Part shown: in pieces, positions 1 to 13,969 of the stretch
Position numbering within the stretch: position 1 is the stretch's first letter
Layout: each line of letters starts with the position of its first letter
Source: Octopus vulgaris
Lineage: Eukaryota
Length of the DNA: 64,000 nucleotides
NCBI GenBank assembly: GCA_951406725.2
Contig: OX597837.1
Location: 33,852,001 to 33,916,000 of the forward strand
Reading direction: 5' to 3'
Position numbers and translations under genes: made by a program
Notes under the pieces: model-generated
Seen by the model: the letters and a program-made list of their open reading frames with translations, nothing else
The model's database searches: none
Told to the model about the DNA's origin: nothing

Positions 1-190
1 ATGCTACATTGCTGCCATCTTTAATTGGGTTAAAGAGGAAATAGGTGGGGGGGAGACCTTGATACTAATACATGGTGGTTTACAATAAAGAACAAAACAT
101 TGTATTCATGGAGCATTGCTTCCCAACCACATGGTTCTGTGTTCATTGCTACATACATATATTGTTATTGGCTTATAGATGATCAATGGA

Positions 191-425
191 GGGCAGTGAG
201 CTGGCAGAATCGTTAGCACGCCGGGCAAAATGCTTAGCGGTATTTCGTCTGCCAGTATATCATTCTGAGTTCAAATTCCACTGAGGTCGACTTTGCCTTT
301 CATCCTTTCGGGGTCAGTTAATTAAGCACCAGTTACACACTTGAGTCAATGCAATTGACTTGATCCCTTTGTCTGTCCTTGTTTGTCCCCTCTATGTTTA
401 GCCCCCTGTTGTCAATAAAGAAATA
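191..425 (+). mobile_element. tRNA-derived SINE with Deu/Nin-like core and LINE-like tail (family A)
   Basis: GAGCTGGCAGAATCGTTAGC...GAGGTCGACTTTGCCTTTCATCCTTTCGGGGTC..., dozens of copies in the window. Confidence 0.8.
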
Positions 426-429
426 AATA

Positions 430-1649
430 CACACACACGACAGAAGTAAATAGACACCCCATAAAACATCATTTTCTGTTTATTCTAACTTGTAAAGATT
501 TATATTTCTTATTAATTGGCACTTTTATGTCTCTTGCTCTATATGTGACTGTTTAATCATGTCATGTATAAAAGAAGCCTTGGAACTGTCTGAATTTCAA
601 AGAGTCTGTATTTTGGGTCATTCTGAAGGTGGATATAGTCAGTGTAAAATCGCAGAAAACCTTGGGATCCTGCTTTCTACAGTTAATAGAGTTATTGTGC
701 AATTCACCAGAGAGGGGAAGGAATCCACATCACCTTGTCCAGATCAATCAGGGGCCCCTAACAGGACCCTTCTCTTTGCAAAGAGAAGTGTGGAGGATAA
801 TCCTCATTGCAAGACCTCTGACATAGCAGAGCAAGTTGCTGTCAGTCCCAGAACAGCTGCCAGATATCTCCACAAACTTGGCTATTATGGCAGAGCAGCA
901 AGAAAGAAGCCACTTCTTCAACCAGCCAATATCAAGCGGAGAAAATACTGGACCAGTGAGATGGTGAGGAGGCTACTAACATTTTGGGACAGTCATATTC
1001 TCTTGATGAGTCGAGTTTTGCTGTATTTCCTGACAGTGGTCAAGTGTGGGTCTGGAGACTGTGATCAAGAAACTGATGTCAAAAGGTTGCAGTCAACAAT
1101 GAAACATGGCAGCTATTCTGTGATGGTCTGGGGAACAATTTGGAGCAATGGTCAATCAGAGTTGGTGGAGTGTGAGGGAAAGATAAACTCAGATGAATAC
1201 ATATCCATGTTGCAAAAAGGACTCCTTCCAATCTTCTCCAGTGGTGAAATGATTAAAGAAAACTCTTCATACAGCTAAAAAGACAACATTGGTCGGAAGA
1301 GAATGGCATTAGAAAGCTTCCCTGGCCAAGTCAATCACTAGATATGAACCCTATTGAACACCTCTGGGGCATAATGGACAGGATATTTCATAAAATGAAC
1401 CAGAAAACATCCTCAAATCCAGATCTTTTGAGATTACTGAATGAAACAGGGCATGAGATTTGTTAAGAGAATATTCGTCATCTGATCAGTAGCATGCCTA
1501 ATAGGGTCCTTGCATTGAAAAATGCAAAGGGTATGTCTACTAAATATATGATATTCACATTATGATAATTAACAAATAATTTGAATGTATATTATTTAAA
1601 TAGTTTTTAACAATTATAAGGGTGTCTATTTACTTCTGTCATGTCTGTG
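430..1649 (+). mobile_element. Full-length degenerate Tc1-family DNA transposon
   Basis: TA flanks; ~30-bp TIRs (CACACACACGACAGAAGTAAATAGACACCC / GGGTGTCTATTTACTTCTGTCATGTCTGTG); internal transposase remnant. Confidence 0.92.
559..1548 (+). pseudogene. Frameshifted Tc1 (DD34E) transposase
   Basis: HTH N-terminus, ARKKPLL, KHG-SVMVWG, and WPSQSLDMNPIEHLW in a shifted frame. Confidence 0.88.
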
Positions 1650-3879
1650 TATATACATCATCATCATCATTTAACGTCTGCTTTCCATGCTGGCATGGGT
1701 TGGAGGGTGTGACTGGAACTGGTAATAAGGAGAGCTGCACCAGGTTCCAGTCTGATTTTGGCTTGGCTTCTACAGCTACATGCCCTTCCTAACACCAACC
1801 ACTCCAAGAATGTAATGGGTGCTTTTCACGTGCCATTCACATAACACTGGCAACGGCCACGACTACAATTTCACGTGCTATAAAATAATACAACTCACAT
1901 TACACTAGAAACCACAAGCTAAACTACATAGCAAAACGTACAATAACGTACAAACCCCTCCGATCCCCACAAAAACAACATATAATATTTTACACACTTC
2001 AGGAATACAAATGAGGGTAAGGTTGTGCAGTAAAAATTAGAATGAAACCATGAAAGAAATAATAATAAAAAGTATTAAATTTCTGATACAAAAGTGCTAA
2101 ATTTTCTTTATAGGGATAAATAGAAAAAGGGAGAGCACTCTTCACGAAAAGCAAAGAAATCCAATTATTTCCCTTAGCAAAAATCTAGTTTTACGTTACA
2201 TTTTTATTGTCAGACCCTAAAGTAGTCAACACATTTTATACCAGTGTTATTCTAGGTTGATTTCAAAGAATGACACTCGCCTCGTTGGTAAAATTGGTTT
2301 TTGGACAAACCCCACAAAGAAAAAAAACGGCTATCAACGAAAGTAAAAAAAATGAAATAAAATAATCAGGTGCAGGCGTAGCTGAGAGGTAAGGAGCTTC
2401 CTCCTCAACTACATGGTTCCAGGTTCGGTACCACAGCAGGATACCTTGGGAAAGTGTCTTCTACTATCGCCCCAGTCCCAACTAAAACCTTGAGTAGATT
2501 TGGTAGGCGGAAACTGACAGAAGCCCGTCGTATATGTCTGTGTGTAACCACTACCTGACAACTGATATTGGTTAACTTAGCAGTTCGGCAGAATAAGACC
2601 CAGTTCTTAAATGAATATTGGGATCGTTTCATTCAATTAATGCCCTTTAAGGCAGTGACCTAAGACAGTTGCAGTCCAATGACTGAAACAAATAAAATAT
2701 AAAAGAATTAATGAATAAAAGATTACTTATGCTGGGTTTCCTTCTTTCAACTGGAGATTATATGAAGCAACTTAGGTTGGATGGTCACAACTGGGGTATC
2801 TTCTTTTCTATTCTAGACACAAGGCCCGACATTTTGGGGGAGGAGGGGGAGCCAGTCAATTAGACTGACCCAATATGCAACTGGTACTTAATTTCTTGAC
2901 TCTGAAAGAATGAAAGGCAAAGTTGACCTTAGTGGAATTTGAACTCAGAACGTAAAGAGACAAAATACCGCTAAACATTTCACCTGACGTGGTAATGTTT
3001 CTGCAACTCGCCGCCTTTAGGGGTACCTTAGACCATAAATCTGCCAGATCAGAACCAAATCTTGGTTAACAACTTAGCTATTAATTTAGATACTCACACC
3101 ATTTATTTAAGATTTCCCATGCCTCTCTACAGGTAGAAATAACCTTCATTTCTCATGTTGATGTCTCCATTAAGATGGGGAACATAGGACTATCTTTATA
3201 AATTCCAGTCTAATCCATTCCAAACATGTCACAACTTTACAGAAACTGTCAGAATGGTTTCTAATTTAGCTACAAGGCTAGCAAATTTGAGGGGAAGGCT
3301 GGCCCCTGTGCTAGTGGCACATAAAAAAGCACCCACTACACTCTCGGAATAGTTGGCCTTAGGAAAGGCACCCAGCTGTAGAAACAGTACCAGATCAGAT
3401 TGGAGCTTGGTGCAACCTCCTGGCTTCCCAGACCCCAATCGAACCGTCCAACCCATGCCAGCATGGAAAACAGACATTAAACGATGATGATGATGATGGT
3501 GAATAATTGATACCATTGACCCCTGTACTTAAATGGTACTTTATTCTATAACACTAAAAAGATGGAAGGCTAAGATTTGAACTCAGAACATAAAAGTCTG
3601 GAAGAATTACTTCAAAGCATTTTTCCAACAGTCCAAAAATTCCACCAATTCACCACTTAATAATTATTTCACCAGAATCGTTAGCACACAGGATGAAGTG
3701 CTTAACGGTATTTCACCCGTTGCTACGTTCTGAGTTCATATTCCGCTGAGGTCAACTTTGCCTTTCATCTTTCAGGGTCAATTAAATAAGTACCAGTTGC
3801 ATACTGGGGTTGATGCAATTGACTTGAGCCCTACCTCAAAATTGCTGGCCTTGTGCCAAAATGTGAAGCCATTATTAAT

Positions 3880-5345
3880 CAAATTCCAAATTTTAGCATA
3901 TAACTAGTAATTTTAGTTGGATGAGGATGATCAATCAATTACATTGACCCCTGTACTTGACTGATACTGTACTAACCCCAGAGAGATGAAGAGCAAAATT
4001 GACCCCCAATGGAATTCGACAACAATTCTACCAGCTTGCCTCCTTGATAATAATAATTCTTTCTACTAAAGGCAAAAATCCTGGAATTTTGTTAGGGAGT
4101 AGGCCAGTTGATTACCTTGACCCCAGTGTGTAACTGGTACTTATTTCATCAACCCTGAAAGGATGAAAAGCAATATAGAATTTGAAAACAGGACAAAGAT
4201 GGATGAAATGCCAGTAAGCATTTTATCCCACATGCTAACAATTCTGCCAGGTCACCGCCTTAAGAATAAGTCATTCCAGTTTTAGTACAAGGAAAACAGA
4301 TTTAACCCTTTAGCATTTAAACCGGCCATATCCGGCTAGAAGTATTCTGCCTGTTTTATGTTCAAATTGGCCAGATCTGGTCTCTCACACTAACCCTACA
4401 ATACCGTTTTAAAAATTAACAGCTACCTCATCAAAATCTCATCGCTACAAAATAATGTATGATTAGTTCAAAGCAATGTGGATTAAAAAGGATTAATTTT
4501 GGCAGAATAATGTGAACACTAAAGGGTTAAGTAAGATGGAGACAAGCAATCACATCAATCTCAGTACATGACATGTACTTTATTTTATTGACTTCCAAGG
4601 AATGAAAGTTGAAGTCAACCATGGCAGGGTTTGAACTTAGAAAGTGGAGTAGAATGGAAAGCCACTAAGCATTTTGCCCAGTGTACTAACGATCCCGCTA
4701 GTTCGCCGCCTTAATAATAATAATCCTTTCTACTAAAGGCATGGGGCTTGGAATTTGTGGGGAGTGGAATAGTCGATTACATCGACCCCCAGGACTCAAT
4801 TGGTACTTAATTTATCGACCCTGAAAGGATGAAAGGCAAAGTTGACCTCCATGGAATTTGAACTTATAAGGTAGTGGCAGTTGAAATACCACTAAAAATT
4901 TTCTCCGGCATGCTAATGATTCTGCCAGCTCACCAAATAATAATAATTCTTTCTACTGGAAGTACAAGTGCTCAAATTTGGAGGAAAGGATTAAGTCAAT
5001 TACATCGACCCCAGTGCATAACTGGTACTTATTTAATTGACTCTGAAAGGATGAAAGGCAAAGTCGACTTTGGCGGAATTTGAACTCAGAATGTAATGGC
5101 AGACGAAATACCTATTTCTTTACTACCCACAAGGGGCTTAAACTCAGAGGGGACAAACAAGGACAGACAAACGGATTAAGTCGATTATATCGACCCCAGT
5201 GCGTAACTGGTACTTATTCTATCGACCCTGAAAGGATGAAAGGCAAAGTCAACCTCGGCGGAATTTGAACTCAGAACGTAGCGGCAGACGAAATACCGTT
5301 AAGCATTTCACCTGGCGTGCTAATGATTCTGCCAACTTGCCACCT
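3880..5345 (-). mobile_element. Head-to-tail array of family A SINEs
   Basis: Repeated ATCGACCCC..GAAAGGATGAAAGGCAAAGTCGAC units separated by (TAA)n tails. Confidence 0.8.
4306..4526. mobile_element. piggyBac-like MITE
   Basis: TTAA|CCCTTTAG...CTAAAGGG|TTAA; related partial copies near 37741-37930 and 41705-41880. Confidence 0.75.
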
Positions 5346-5804
5346 GAATAATAATAATAATAATAAAAACAACAAAAAAAAAACAATCACATTACACACA
5401 CAACACAATACAAACACTAATACAACAAAAGGCTGCAACCAAAACCCCATAAAAAAACAAAAACTGACGCAATACAACACCAGGAAGAGTTTGCACTCCT
5501 CCAACAACAACAACACCACCCAAAAACAAACATACAATGCTGCACACACCCCAGCAACATAGACGGGTAGCAGACGATGCAGTAGAAATCTACCTGAAAT
5601 TATCAAAGATCAAATAATAATGTTCTCAAAAAACATTTCGGGGCTTTTTAAATCTTTTTTTTTTAAACCTAACAGGACAGGAAACTGCGTTGAACAAAAA
5701 ATATTCTTCTACAAATGACTGCCTCAGGTGAATGGTTGTTACTCAGTTGGAATCGTTATTCGTTATCAAACCAATATCATCAATACCATAGGAAATAAAA
5801 ATTG

Positions 5805-6786
5805 TAATAATAATAATGATGATGATGATAATAATGATGATGATAATGATGATGATGATGATGATGATGATGATAATAATGATGATGGTGATGATGATGA
5901 TGATGATAATAATAATAATGATAATAATAATAATAATAATGATGATGATAATGATGATAATGATGATGATGATGATAATAATAATGATGATGATGATAAT
6001 GATAATAATGATGATGGTGATGATAATGATGATGATAATAATAATAATGATAATAATAATAATAATGATGATGATAATGATGATGATAATAATGATGATA
6101 ATAATGATGATGATGATGATAATGATGATGATGATAATGATGATGATAATAATGATGATGATAATGATGATGATGATGATAATGATGATAATAATGATGA
6201 TGATAATGGTAATAATGATGATGATGATGATGATAATGATAATAATGATGATGATAATGGTAATAATGATGATGATGATGATGATAATGATAATAATGAT
6301 GATGATAATGGTAATAATGATGATGATAATGGTAATAATGATGATGATGATAATGATAATAATGATGATGATAATGATGATGATAATAATGATGATGATG
6401 ATGATAATGATGATGATAATGATAATGATGATGATGATAATAATAATGATGATGATAATGATGATGATGATGATGATGATGATGATAATAATGATGATGA
6501 TGATAATAATGATGATGATAATAATGATGATGATAATAATGATGATGATGATAATGATGATGATGATAATAATGATGATGATGATAATGATGATGATAAT
6601 AATGATGATAATGATAATAATGATGATGATAATGGTAATAATGATGATGATGATGATGATAATAATGATAATGATGATGATAATGGTAATAATGATGATG
6701 GTGATAATGATGATGATGATAATAATGATGATGATAATAATGATGATGATAATGATGATGATGATGATAATAATAATAATGATAAT
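5805..6786. repeat. ~1 kb compound (AAT/GAT)n microsatellite
   Basis: Read directly; begins ~10 nt beyond the exon-2 donor. Confidence 0.97.
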
Positions 6787-6797
6787 ATTAAACTTAC

Positions 6798-6962
6798 GGC
6801 GCTTCAGAGAAGATGCTTGTAAAAAAGCTGTGACGAGGTCAAAATTGCAATTGAGTTTGGCAATTCGATGATCCCTCCTCTTTAATTGCCGCACCAATCT
6901 GGCCGACATTTGATTGATGTCATAACGGAGACCGGATTCAATTTCTTTGAGTTTCTCGACAC
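6798..6962 (-). CDS. TBC1D30: TBC1D30-like, second coding exon (165 nt, phase 1-1, coiled-coil region before the TBC domain)
   Basis: Pyrimidine tract plus AACAG| acceptor and CGCC|GTAAGT donor; G from exon 1 plus GT gives Gly. Encodes GVEKLKEIESGLRYDINQMSARLVRQLKRRDHRIAKLNCNFDLVTAFLQASSLKR, matching recalled TBC1D30 ELKYRIGIQSAKLLRHLKQKDRLLHKVQRNCDIVTACLQAVSQKRR. Confidence 0.9.
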
Positions 6963-7424
6963 CTGTTCCGACAATAAAAGGGAAAAAGAAAACGTGAGAG
7001 AGAGAGAACCAAATAAACATTGTTCCCCCATCGCAATTTTTTTCACTTTTTTTTGCTTCATTTTTTTTTTCAGTTTTATATGTTTCAATCTCTGACTTGT
7101 GGCCATGCTGGAGCAATACCTAAAAAGAGTGGAGCAATTTCACTCCATCACTTATTTTAAGTAACATTTGTTCTATCCTTCTCTTATTACTGAACCACTA
7201 AGTAGGAGGAACACAAACAAACTAACAGTGGTGGAGACAAACAAGGATGCATGCACACACACACACACACACACACACAAATATACACCATCATCATCAA
7301 TATTTTAATGGCCACTTTTCCTCATTTGCCTGTGTCAGACGAAAATATGCTGACAGAGTTTTCTAATAGCCAGATGCCTTTCCTGTCACCAACACTAATT
7401 TGTTTTCAAGCAAGGTAATTATCA

Positions 7425-7882
7425 CTCAGTCTATCAAACAACAGAGACGTGCAACCAAACGCATACCCTCCATCAGACACCTACCATATTCTGAGCGCCT
7501 TGTTTCCCTGGGCATGGATTCACTGAAGCTCCGGCGTCTGGCAACGGACTTGGTAAACACCCACAAAGTTATCAACCACCTCACCAACAACAACACTGAA
7601 CACCTTTTTGATCTCCATGTGTCTAACACATGTGGACATGCCTACAAAGTCAGAAAACAACACAGCTCCCATGACTTTCGGAAACATTTTATCACGCTCA
7701 GAGTTGCTGAAGCATGGAACAAACTGCCTGCGTCAGTTGTTGACTGCCATGACACTGCATCCTTTAAGGCCCTCATGCTTTCCGAAATCCCGTCGAAACT
7801 ACACCTGATTATATATACACTTTAGATGAGCTGTAGTGCACCTGAGCACTGTACACAATTATTATTATTATTATTATTATTA
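7425..7882 (+). mobile_element. CR1/L2-group LINE 3' fragment with (ATT)n tail
   Basis: QRRATKRIP-IRHLPYSERL...LRR-DL...HK...RV--WNKLP, typical of the ORF2 C-terminus. Confidence 0.85.
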
Positions 7883-8071
7883 TGAGCTTGTAGCAAGACA
7901 AGTTATAGTTTGTGTGTTTGAGATGACCCAGAAAATAGAGAATCAAAACAAATATTATCAAAATATCATGCTTCTATTTTTTATCTTAACTAATTAACAT
8001 TCTGATTATTTGCTCAAATTAAATTCTTATTTATTCGAATTCTTTTTAATTAATTACTGTATTATCTAATA

Positions 8072-8375
8072 GCTTGTTTCAGTCATTTGACTGCGGCCAT
8101 GCTGGAGCACCGCCTTTAGTCAAGCAAATCGACCCCGGGACTTATTCTTTGTAAGCCCAGTACTTATTCTATCGGTCTTTTTTGCCGAACCGCTAAGTGA
8201 CAGGGACGTAAACACACCAGCATCGGTTGTCAGGCAATGCTAGGGGGACAAACACAGACACACAAACACACACATATATATATATATACATATATACGAC
8301 AGTCTTCTTTCAGTTTCCGTCTACCAAATCCACTCACAAGGCATTGGTCAGCCCGGGGCTATAGCAGAAGACACT
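8072..8375 (-). mobile_element. tRNA-derived SINE with internal microsatellite (family B), truncated
   Basis: CTTGTTTCAGTCATTTGACTGCGGCCATGCTGGAGCACC... shared with many copies. Confidence 0.8.
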
Positions 8376-8619
8376 TGAAAATCTTCCACCAAACCTTAAT
8401 CACAATTTATGTTCCTAACACTAGCTGAATGATAAGTTATTTTACTAAATTCTTTGTCATATTTAAAATAATTGAAAGTAAGATGCTGGGTCTGGCCAGT
8501 TTGAATACAAAACGGAAAATATTTTGGCCGGATATGACCGGTTTAAAGGTCACAAAGCAGTGGACTCCTGCAGGAGGATATTGCTATGTACAGAGAGTAT
8601 GCTGTTGTGGAACATGTGT

Positions 8620-9506
8620 GCCAAAAGTGGATTTCAAGATCAACAGTGACAAAATGAAGGAATTGGTCAACACCAACCTCAGCTAAATGCTGCCAGATAG
8701 ACTCCAAATGTGCAAATTGAGTGTTGAAAACCATTTGCATCAAGTTCGATGCCTGGGACCCACATCAATTGAATGAGGAGAAACTTGCCAAACCGATTTC
8801 CATTATAGAAAGGGGAAGAAAAAAATCCTTTTTCTTTTTAAGAGAATAGTGAAAGGGGGAAGAAAAATGGATTGTCTATAACAATGTGAAGCACAAGCGA
8901 TCCTGGAGGAAGCAAGGTGAACCATCACAAACAACCTTCAGAGCAGAATTTCACCTGAAAAAGATTAGGCTTTCAGTTTGTTGTAATTGGAAGAGATCGG
9001 TCATTTATGAGCTTCTTTCCATGAACAGGGCCATCAATTCACACCTATAACTGTGACCAGCTGGACAAATTAAATGCAGCAATCCACCTGAAGCATCCAT
9101 CACTTGCTAATTGTATGGGCATCATCTTTCATCACGACAGTGCCAGACTGCAGACTTCTTTGCAGATGCAGCAGAAAGTTACTGGGGCTTGGAGGGGAAG
9201 GTTTTGCACACCCTGAACCATCTTCACCTTGCACCTTCAGATTCCCACCTGTTTTGGTCTCTTCAAAATTCATTGAATGGACAAACTTTCATCTCTGAAG
9301 AGAACATAAAAATTCACCTGGAAGAATCCTTTACCAATAAAGACAAGAAATTCTTTGAGTGGGGAATAATAAATCTGTCCACAAGATGTCAGAAGATATT
9401 GGAACAAGACGGTAATTATATCACTGATTGAATAAATTGCACTGTGTTTAAACCTTGTGTCTTATTTTCACTTTAAAAAACTGAACGGACTTTTTGGCCA
9501 ACCCAA
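8620..9506 (+). mobile_element. Degenerate mariner transposon, 3' part with right TIR
   Basis: Decayed EKWIVYNNV-RKRSW, LAPSDSHLFWSLQNSLNG and EQDGNYI motifs; ends GGACTTTTTGGCCAACCCAA|TA. Confidence 0.85.
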
Positions 9507-9672
9507 TACTTACAAACACATACCTACAGGAAAGAAAGAAAGAAAGAGATGGACAGACAGACAAACAGATAGAATAGAGAGTAAAATAGTAGATAGAAGA
9601 CTACAGACAGGAGAATCTTCTTCCAGACCTATACCTTATTCTCCTCTCTGTATTCTTCTATTTACTATTTCA

Positions 9673-10033
9673 TCTTTATATATAAAAGTGAGGTTGTGTG
9701 TCTGTCTTCTACGATTTAGATTCCTAACTACTCCCACATTTTGCGGTGCAGTTTAACCAAAACCGGGTATCTTATAGTCGTGGTTCATATCGAGCCCTTC
9801 TGGGTATTAGCGCGCGTCTACGATGAGTCTACGATTTAAAATGCATTTTTGGCATATATAAGGGAAGTAACTCTCTAAAAATTTATTATTAAATCTCAGA
9901 ACGTAAAAAGCTACAGTAACCCCCCCCCCTTGTGGTTAGCCATATTGAGATGGCTATTATACTTTACATCTCTAAAAATGCTTATATAGTTATTTCCCTT
10001 ACAAACCCGAGCAACACCGGGCGATACTGCTAG
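9673..10033 (+). mobile_element. Non-autonomous Helitron
   Basis: A|TC 5' end, subterminal hairpin CCCGAGCAACACCGGG, CTAG|T 3' end, no TSD. Confidence 0.85.
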
Positions 10034-10439
10034 TTCCTTTATAAATGGTGAATTCCTTGTCTGGAACTTTCATGCATACTCACCTTGTCTCTGATGACAG
10101 AATACCCAGTGTATGGAGATGCTAACCTATCATTTGGGATATCCCAGAAACAGCTGTAAGACATCCAATAATTAATTAATGAACCAATTAATTACTTCAA
10201 ATTTACCTTACTCTAATTAAACATTTTTAATGACTTGAGATACTTGTCCTGCCTTGGCTTTTGTTGACCTTTTTCCTCTAATAAACACCTGCTAACCCGG
10301 AAGCCTACTACGGATCCCTAACTCCAGCCTCAGCTGTGAGCTTGGAACCTAACGGATGACCAGTTATAGCCCCGACATAGTGTACCTATTCGTTTAAATC
10401 ACCACTGAACTAAACCCCTCATATTCTTTATATATTCTT

Positions 10440-10797
10440 TACTCTTTTACTTGTTTCAGTCATTTGACTGCGGCCATGCTGGAGCACCACCTTTAGTACT
10501 TATTCTATCGGTCTCTTTTTGCCGAACCACTAAGTGACGGGGACGTAAACACACCAGCATCGGTTGTCAAGCAATGCTAGGGAGACAAACACAGACACAA
10601 ACACACACACATATATGTATATATACATATATACGACAGGCTTCTTTCAGTTTCCGTCTACCAAAACCACTCACAAGACATTGGTCGGCCCGGGGCTATA
10701 GCAGAAGACACTTGCCCAAGATGCCATGCAGTGGGACTGAACCCGCAACCGTGTGGTTGGTTAGCAAGCTACTTACCACACAGCCACTCCTGCGCCT
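10440..10797 (-). mobile_element. Family B SINE, near full length
   Basis: tRNA-like head GGAGTGGCTGTGTGGTAAG...GGTTCAGTCCC on the minus strand, internal (TA/CA)n. Confidence 0.85.
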
Positions 10798-10957
10798 AAG
10801 AATATATGAATAAATAAATGGAGTTTAACGCAGTGTAAATCAAATATTTTTACTTTCGACACATGTTTCGAAAATTCCACTTGTGAGATTTTTGCTACCC
10901 TGGTAACTATTTATTTATTTTTTCCGTGTTAATTGTTAGCAAGGTAAAAATACACTC

Positions 10958-10993
<36 letters not shown>

Positions 10994-11001
<8 letters not shown>

Positions 11002-11115
11002 ATGAGGGTGTCTAAAAGACACCAACATGCCGAAATAGCAGTCGAAACTCTGACTATAAAACCACGACTGCTATTTCGGCATGTTGGTGTCTTTTAGACA
11101 CCCTCATTTTTAATT
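10994..11115. repeat. Perfect 51-bp inverted repeat (20-nt spacer) at the end of an element inserted in (TA)n
   Basis: 10994-11044 is the reverse complement of 11065-11115; the tail to ~11215 recurs at 48461-48595. Confidence 0.9.
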
Positions 11116-11316
11116 GTTAAAATTTTTTTTACCTTTGTAAGGTATTTCTTTCATGCTGGCCACTTGATAATTTCGACACTTAAACATCGATATTATCCTC
11201 ATATATAAATTTATATATATATATATATATATGATATATATACACGTACACACACATATATTTGTATGTTTATGTATATACACACATACACACACAATGT
11301 GCATACATATACATAA

Positions 11317-11359
<43 letters not shown>

Positions 11360-11476
11360 TGTGCATGTACAGGTGCCTACGTGTGTGTGTGCATGTACAG
11401 GTGCCTGCGTGTGAGTGTGCATGTTGCTATAAGGCATAGATACTACAATTCGAATTACACTTTCAATATTCTCTAA

Positions 11477-11519
<43 letters not shown>

Positions 11520-11736
11520 GTAACTCACAGTATGAACTGAGCAAGACCACAATGACCTATCTGAGCCACCCAAGCATGGAAAATGGACATAAAATGAAGT
11601 CATACATACTACACACACATGTATGTATGCATGTGTATATATATATATATATGAAGGCATTCTCTTCATTGCAGTTGTATAAGTTGATTGAAAAAATATA
11701 GATTTAGTTAAGAGAGGGGATATTCTGAGATAGAGA

Positions 11737-11768
<32 letters not shown>

Positions 11769-13969
11769 AACACAAACTGTAGGCCCAATAATATGTCAGG
11801 TGAGCAGCTGGTACTTTCACTAAAGCAGCTGTTTCAAACATCACCTGATGTCACTTATTTATATTAAACTTAAATGTGGTGCTTTTAAGTTTTTCGTCAC
11901 TACTCGAGAAAAACCTATTTCCATTAGGATATGATGGGAAGATACGACTGGCCATATTTAGTGAACACACTGGGTAATCGGCTGAGCAACAAAACAGCAC
12001 ACTGGTGGGAGTTTTCTATATTGTTGTTCTTTGGTCCTAGATAGTTTGGCCAGCATTCAAGGAGCCTATGGTTGGAGATTTTTAAAAGGTGTGACCAAAG
12101 GTGCAAGGATGGCTGTATATATAGTTAGGAAGCTGACTAGGCAACCATGAGGTTTGGGGTTCAATCCCACTGTATGACACCTTGAGCAAGTTTTTCTACA
12201 ACAGCCCTGGGCCAATTAAGGACTTGTGAATGATTTTGGTAGATAGAAGCTGTGGATGCCCATCATATAGGTATATCCAAGTTATCCCTCTATTTTGACA
12301 AAAACATTTGGGTGTGGTTTGAGGGAGATTTAGCTGTTATGGAGTGGTTGACATTAGGAAGGGCATTCAGCTGTAGAAACACTGCCAGATCAGACTGGAG
12401 CTTGGTGCAGCCTCTGAATGGCATGATAGATTGGAGATGGTGCCACAAACCAGCAGAATGGTTCATAGCTTCAATGTAGGTTTAGATAGAAATAGGTTTC
12501 TGTCTGGACAGCCATGGTTGGGTGGTTGCTTTAGTCAAGTGTCTCTTACTACAGCCCCATGTTGACTAATGACTACTAAATGGAATTTGTACAGAAGCAT
12601 ATTGTGTGTGTGTGTGTGCATGTGTCTGCATGTATGTATGTGTGCGTCAGCATGAACATGCATGTGTCAGTATGTGGATTTGGTAGATGGAAACTGAAAG
12701 AAGCCTGTCGTGTGTGCATGTATGTGATCACCTCCATTTGACAACCAGTGTTGGTGTGTTTATGTCCCTGTAACTTAGTGGTTCGGCAAAAGGGTCTGAT
12801 AGAAAAGTACTAGGCTTAAAAAAAAAATTAATATTAGGGTCAGTTCGTTCTACTAAATTCGTTCTGTATGCGCATATATATCTAGGTATCTCTTTGTGTC
12901 TGTGTGTCCCCTGAAACTGCTTGACAACCAGTATTGGTGTGTCTATGTCCTCGTAACTTAGCGGTTCAGTAAAGGAAACCAATAGAATAAGTACTAGGCT
13001 TAAAAAAAAAAAGCAAAAAAAGTCCTGGGGTCAATTTGTTCAACTAAAACCCTTCTAGGCAGTGGCCCAGCATGGCTGCAGTCTAATAACTGAGAAAAGA
13101 AAAAAATAATAATAATATTCTTTTCTTCTCTAGGCACAAGGCCCAAAATTTTGGGTGGGGAGGCCAGTCAATTAGACTGACTCCAGTAGGCAACTGGTAC
13201 TTAATTTATTGACCCCGAAAGGATAACAGGTAAAGTCGACCTTGGCGGAATTTGAACTCAGAATAATAATAAAAATAATGCTTTCAAATTTATGTACAAA
13301 GCCAGTAATTTTGAGAGGAGGGGGTTAGTTGATACCATTGGCCAAAGAAGAATTAAAGACAAAATTGACTTTTGTGGGGTTTGAACCTAGAACAAAAAGA
13401 GTTGGAACAAATATCACAAAGCATTTCAACTTTCCAACAATTCTACCAAATGTTAATAACAGCAATGAATTATTGAGTTGAGGTAGTCTTTACATGGTCT
13501 CTAAGTTTGCTAAAAATAGACACCTTACACCTTACCTGCTTTATGTTCATCCTATATACCCATCTAAATAAAAGCTGGAATGCCTTTAATCACAGGTCTG
13601 TTGCATCAGTGCTGACCAAGGGCTAAACAAACACGACCCCAACAGCTAAAGTGACCATGAAATATCCTTGTTCTCTTTGGATAAGTCACACTCCAATGAA
13701 TCTTAATTGGTGTGTCATACTTCACTGATATCCTGCCGTCAGTCTCCTGTTGAGCAGTCACACTTCACTGATCTCCTGCCAGCAACTTCCTGCAGGGTGT
13801 GTCACACTTCATTGATCAAACTCCAGTTAAGCAAGCAAGATCAAAGCTACATAAGAAACTAAAAAAAAAAAAAACCAAAGAACATCTTCAGATGTCTTGC
13901 AAGCAACTTGCATATGCAAGTGCTACCAGTCAAGAACTCCGCATACCGGAAGCCAGTAAGTGTATGGGG

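Noticed and set aside
3100-3290. Possible third TBC1D30 exon
   Set aside because: No frame resembling the expected VDT-L-F-LEP...WYDA sequence; the next exon probably lies beyond position 1.
5728-6871. Long poly-Asp/Asn, poly-Ile and poly-Met ORFs
   Set aside because: Stop-free readings of an (AAT/GAT)n microsatellite; only 6798-6962 on the minus strand is a real exon.
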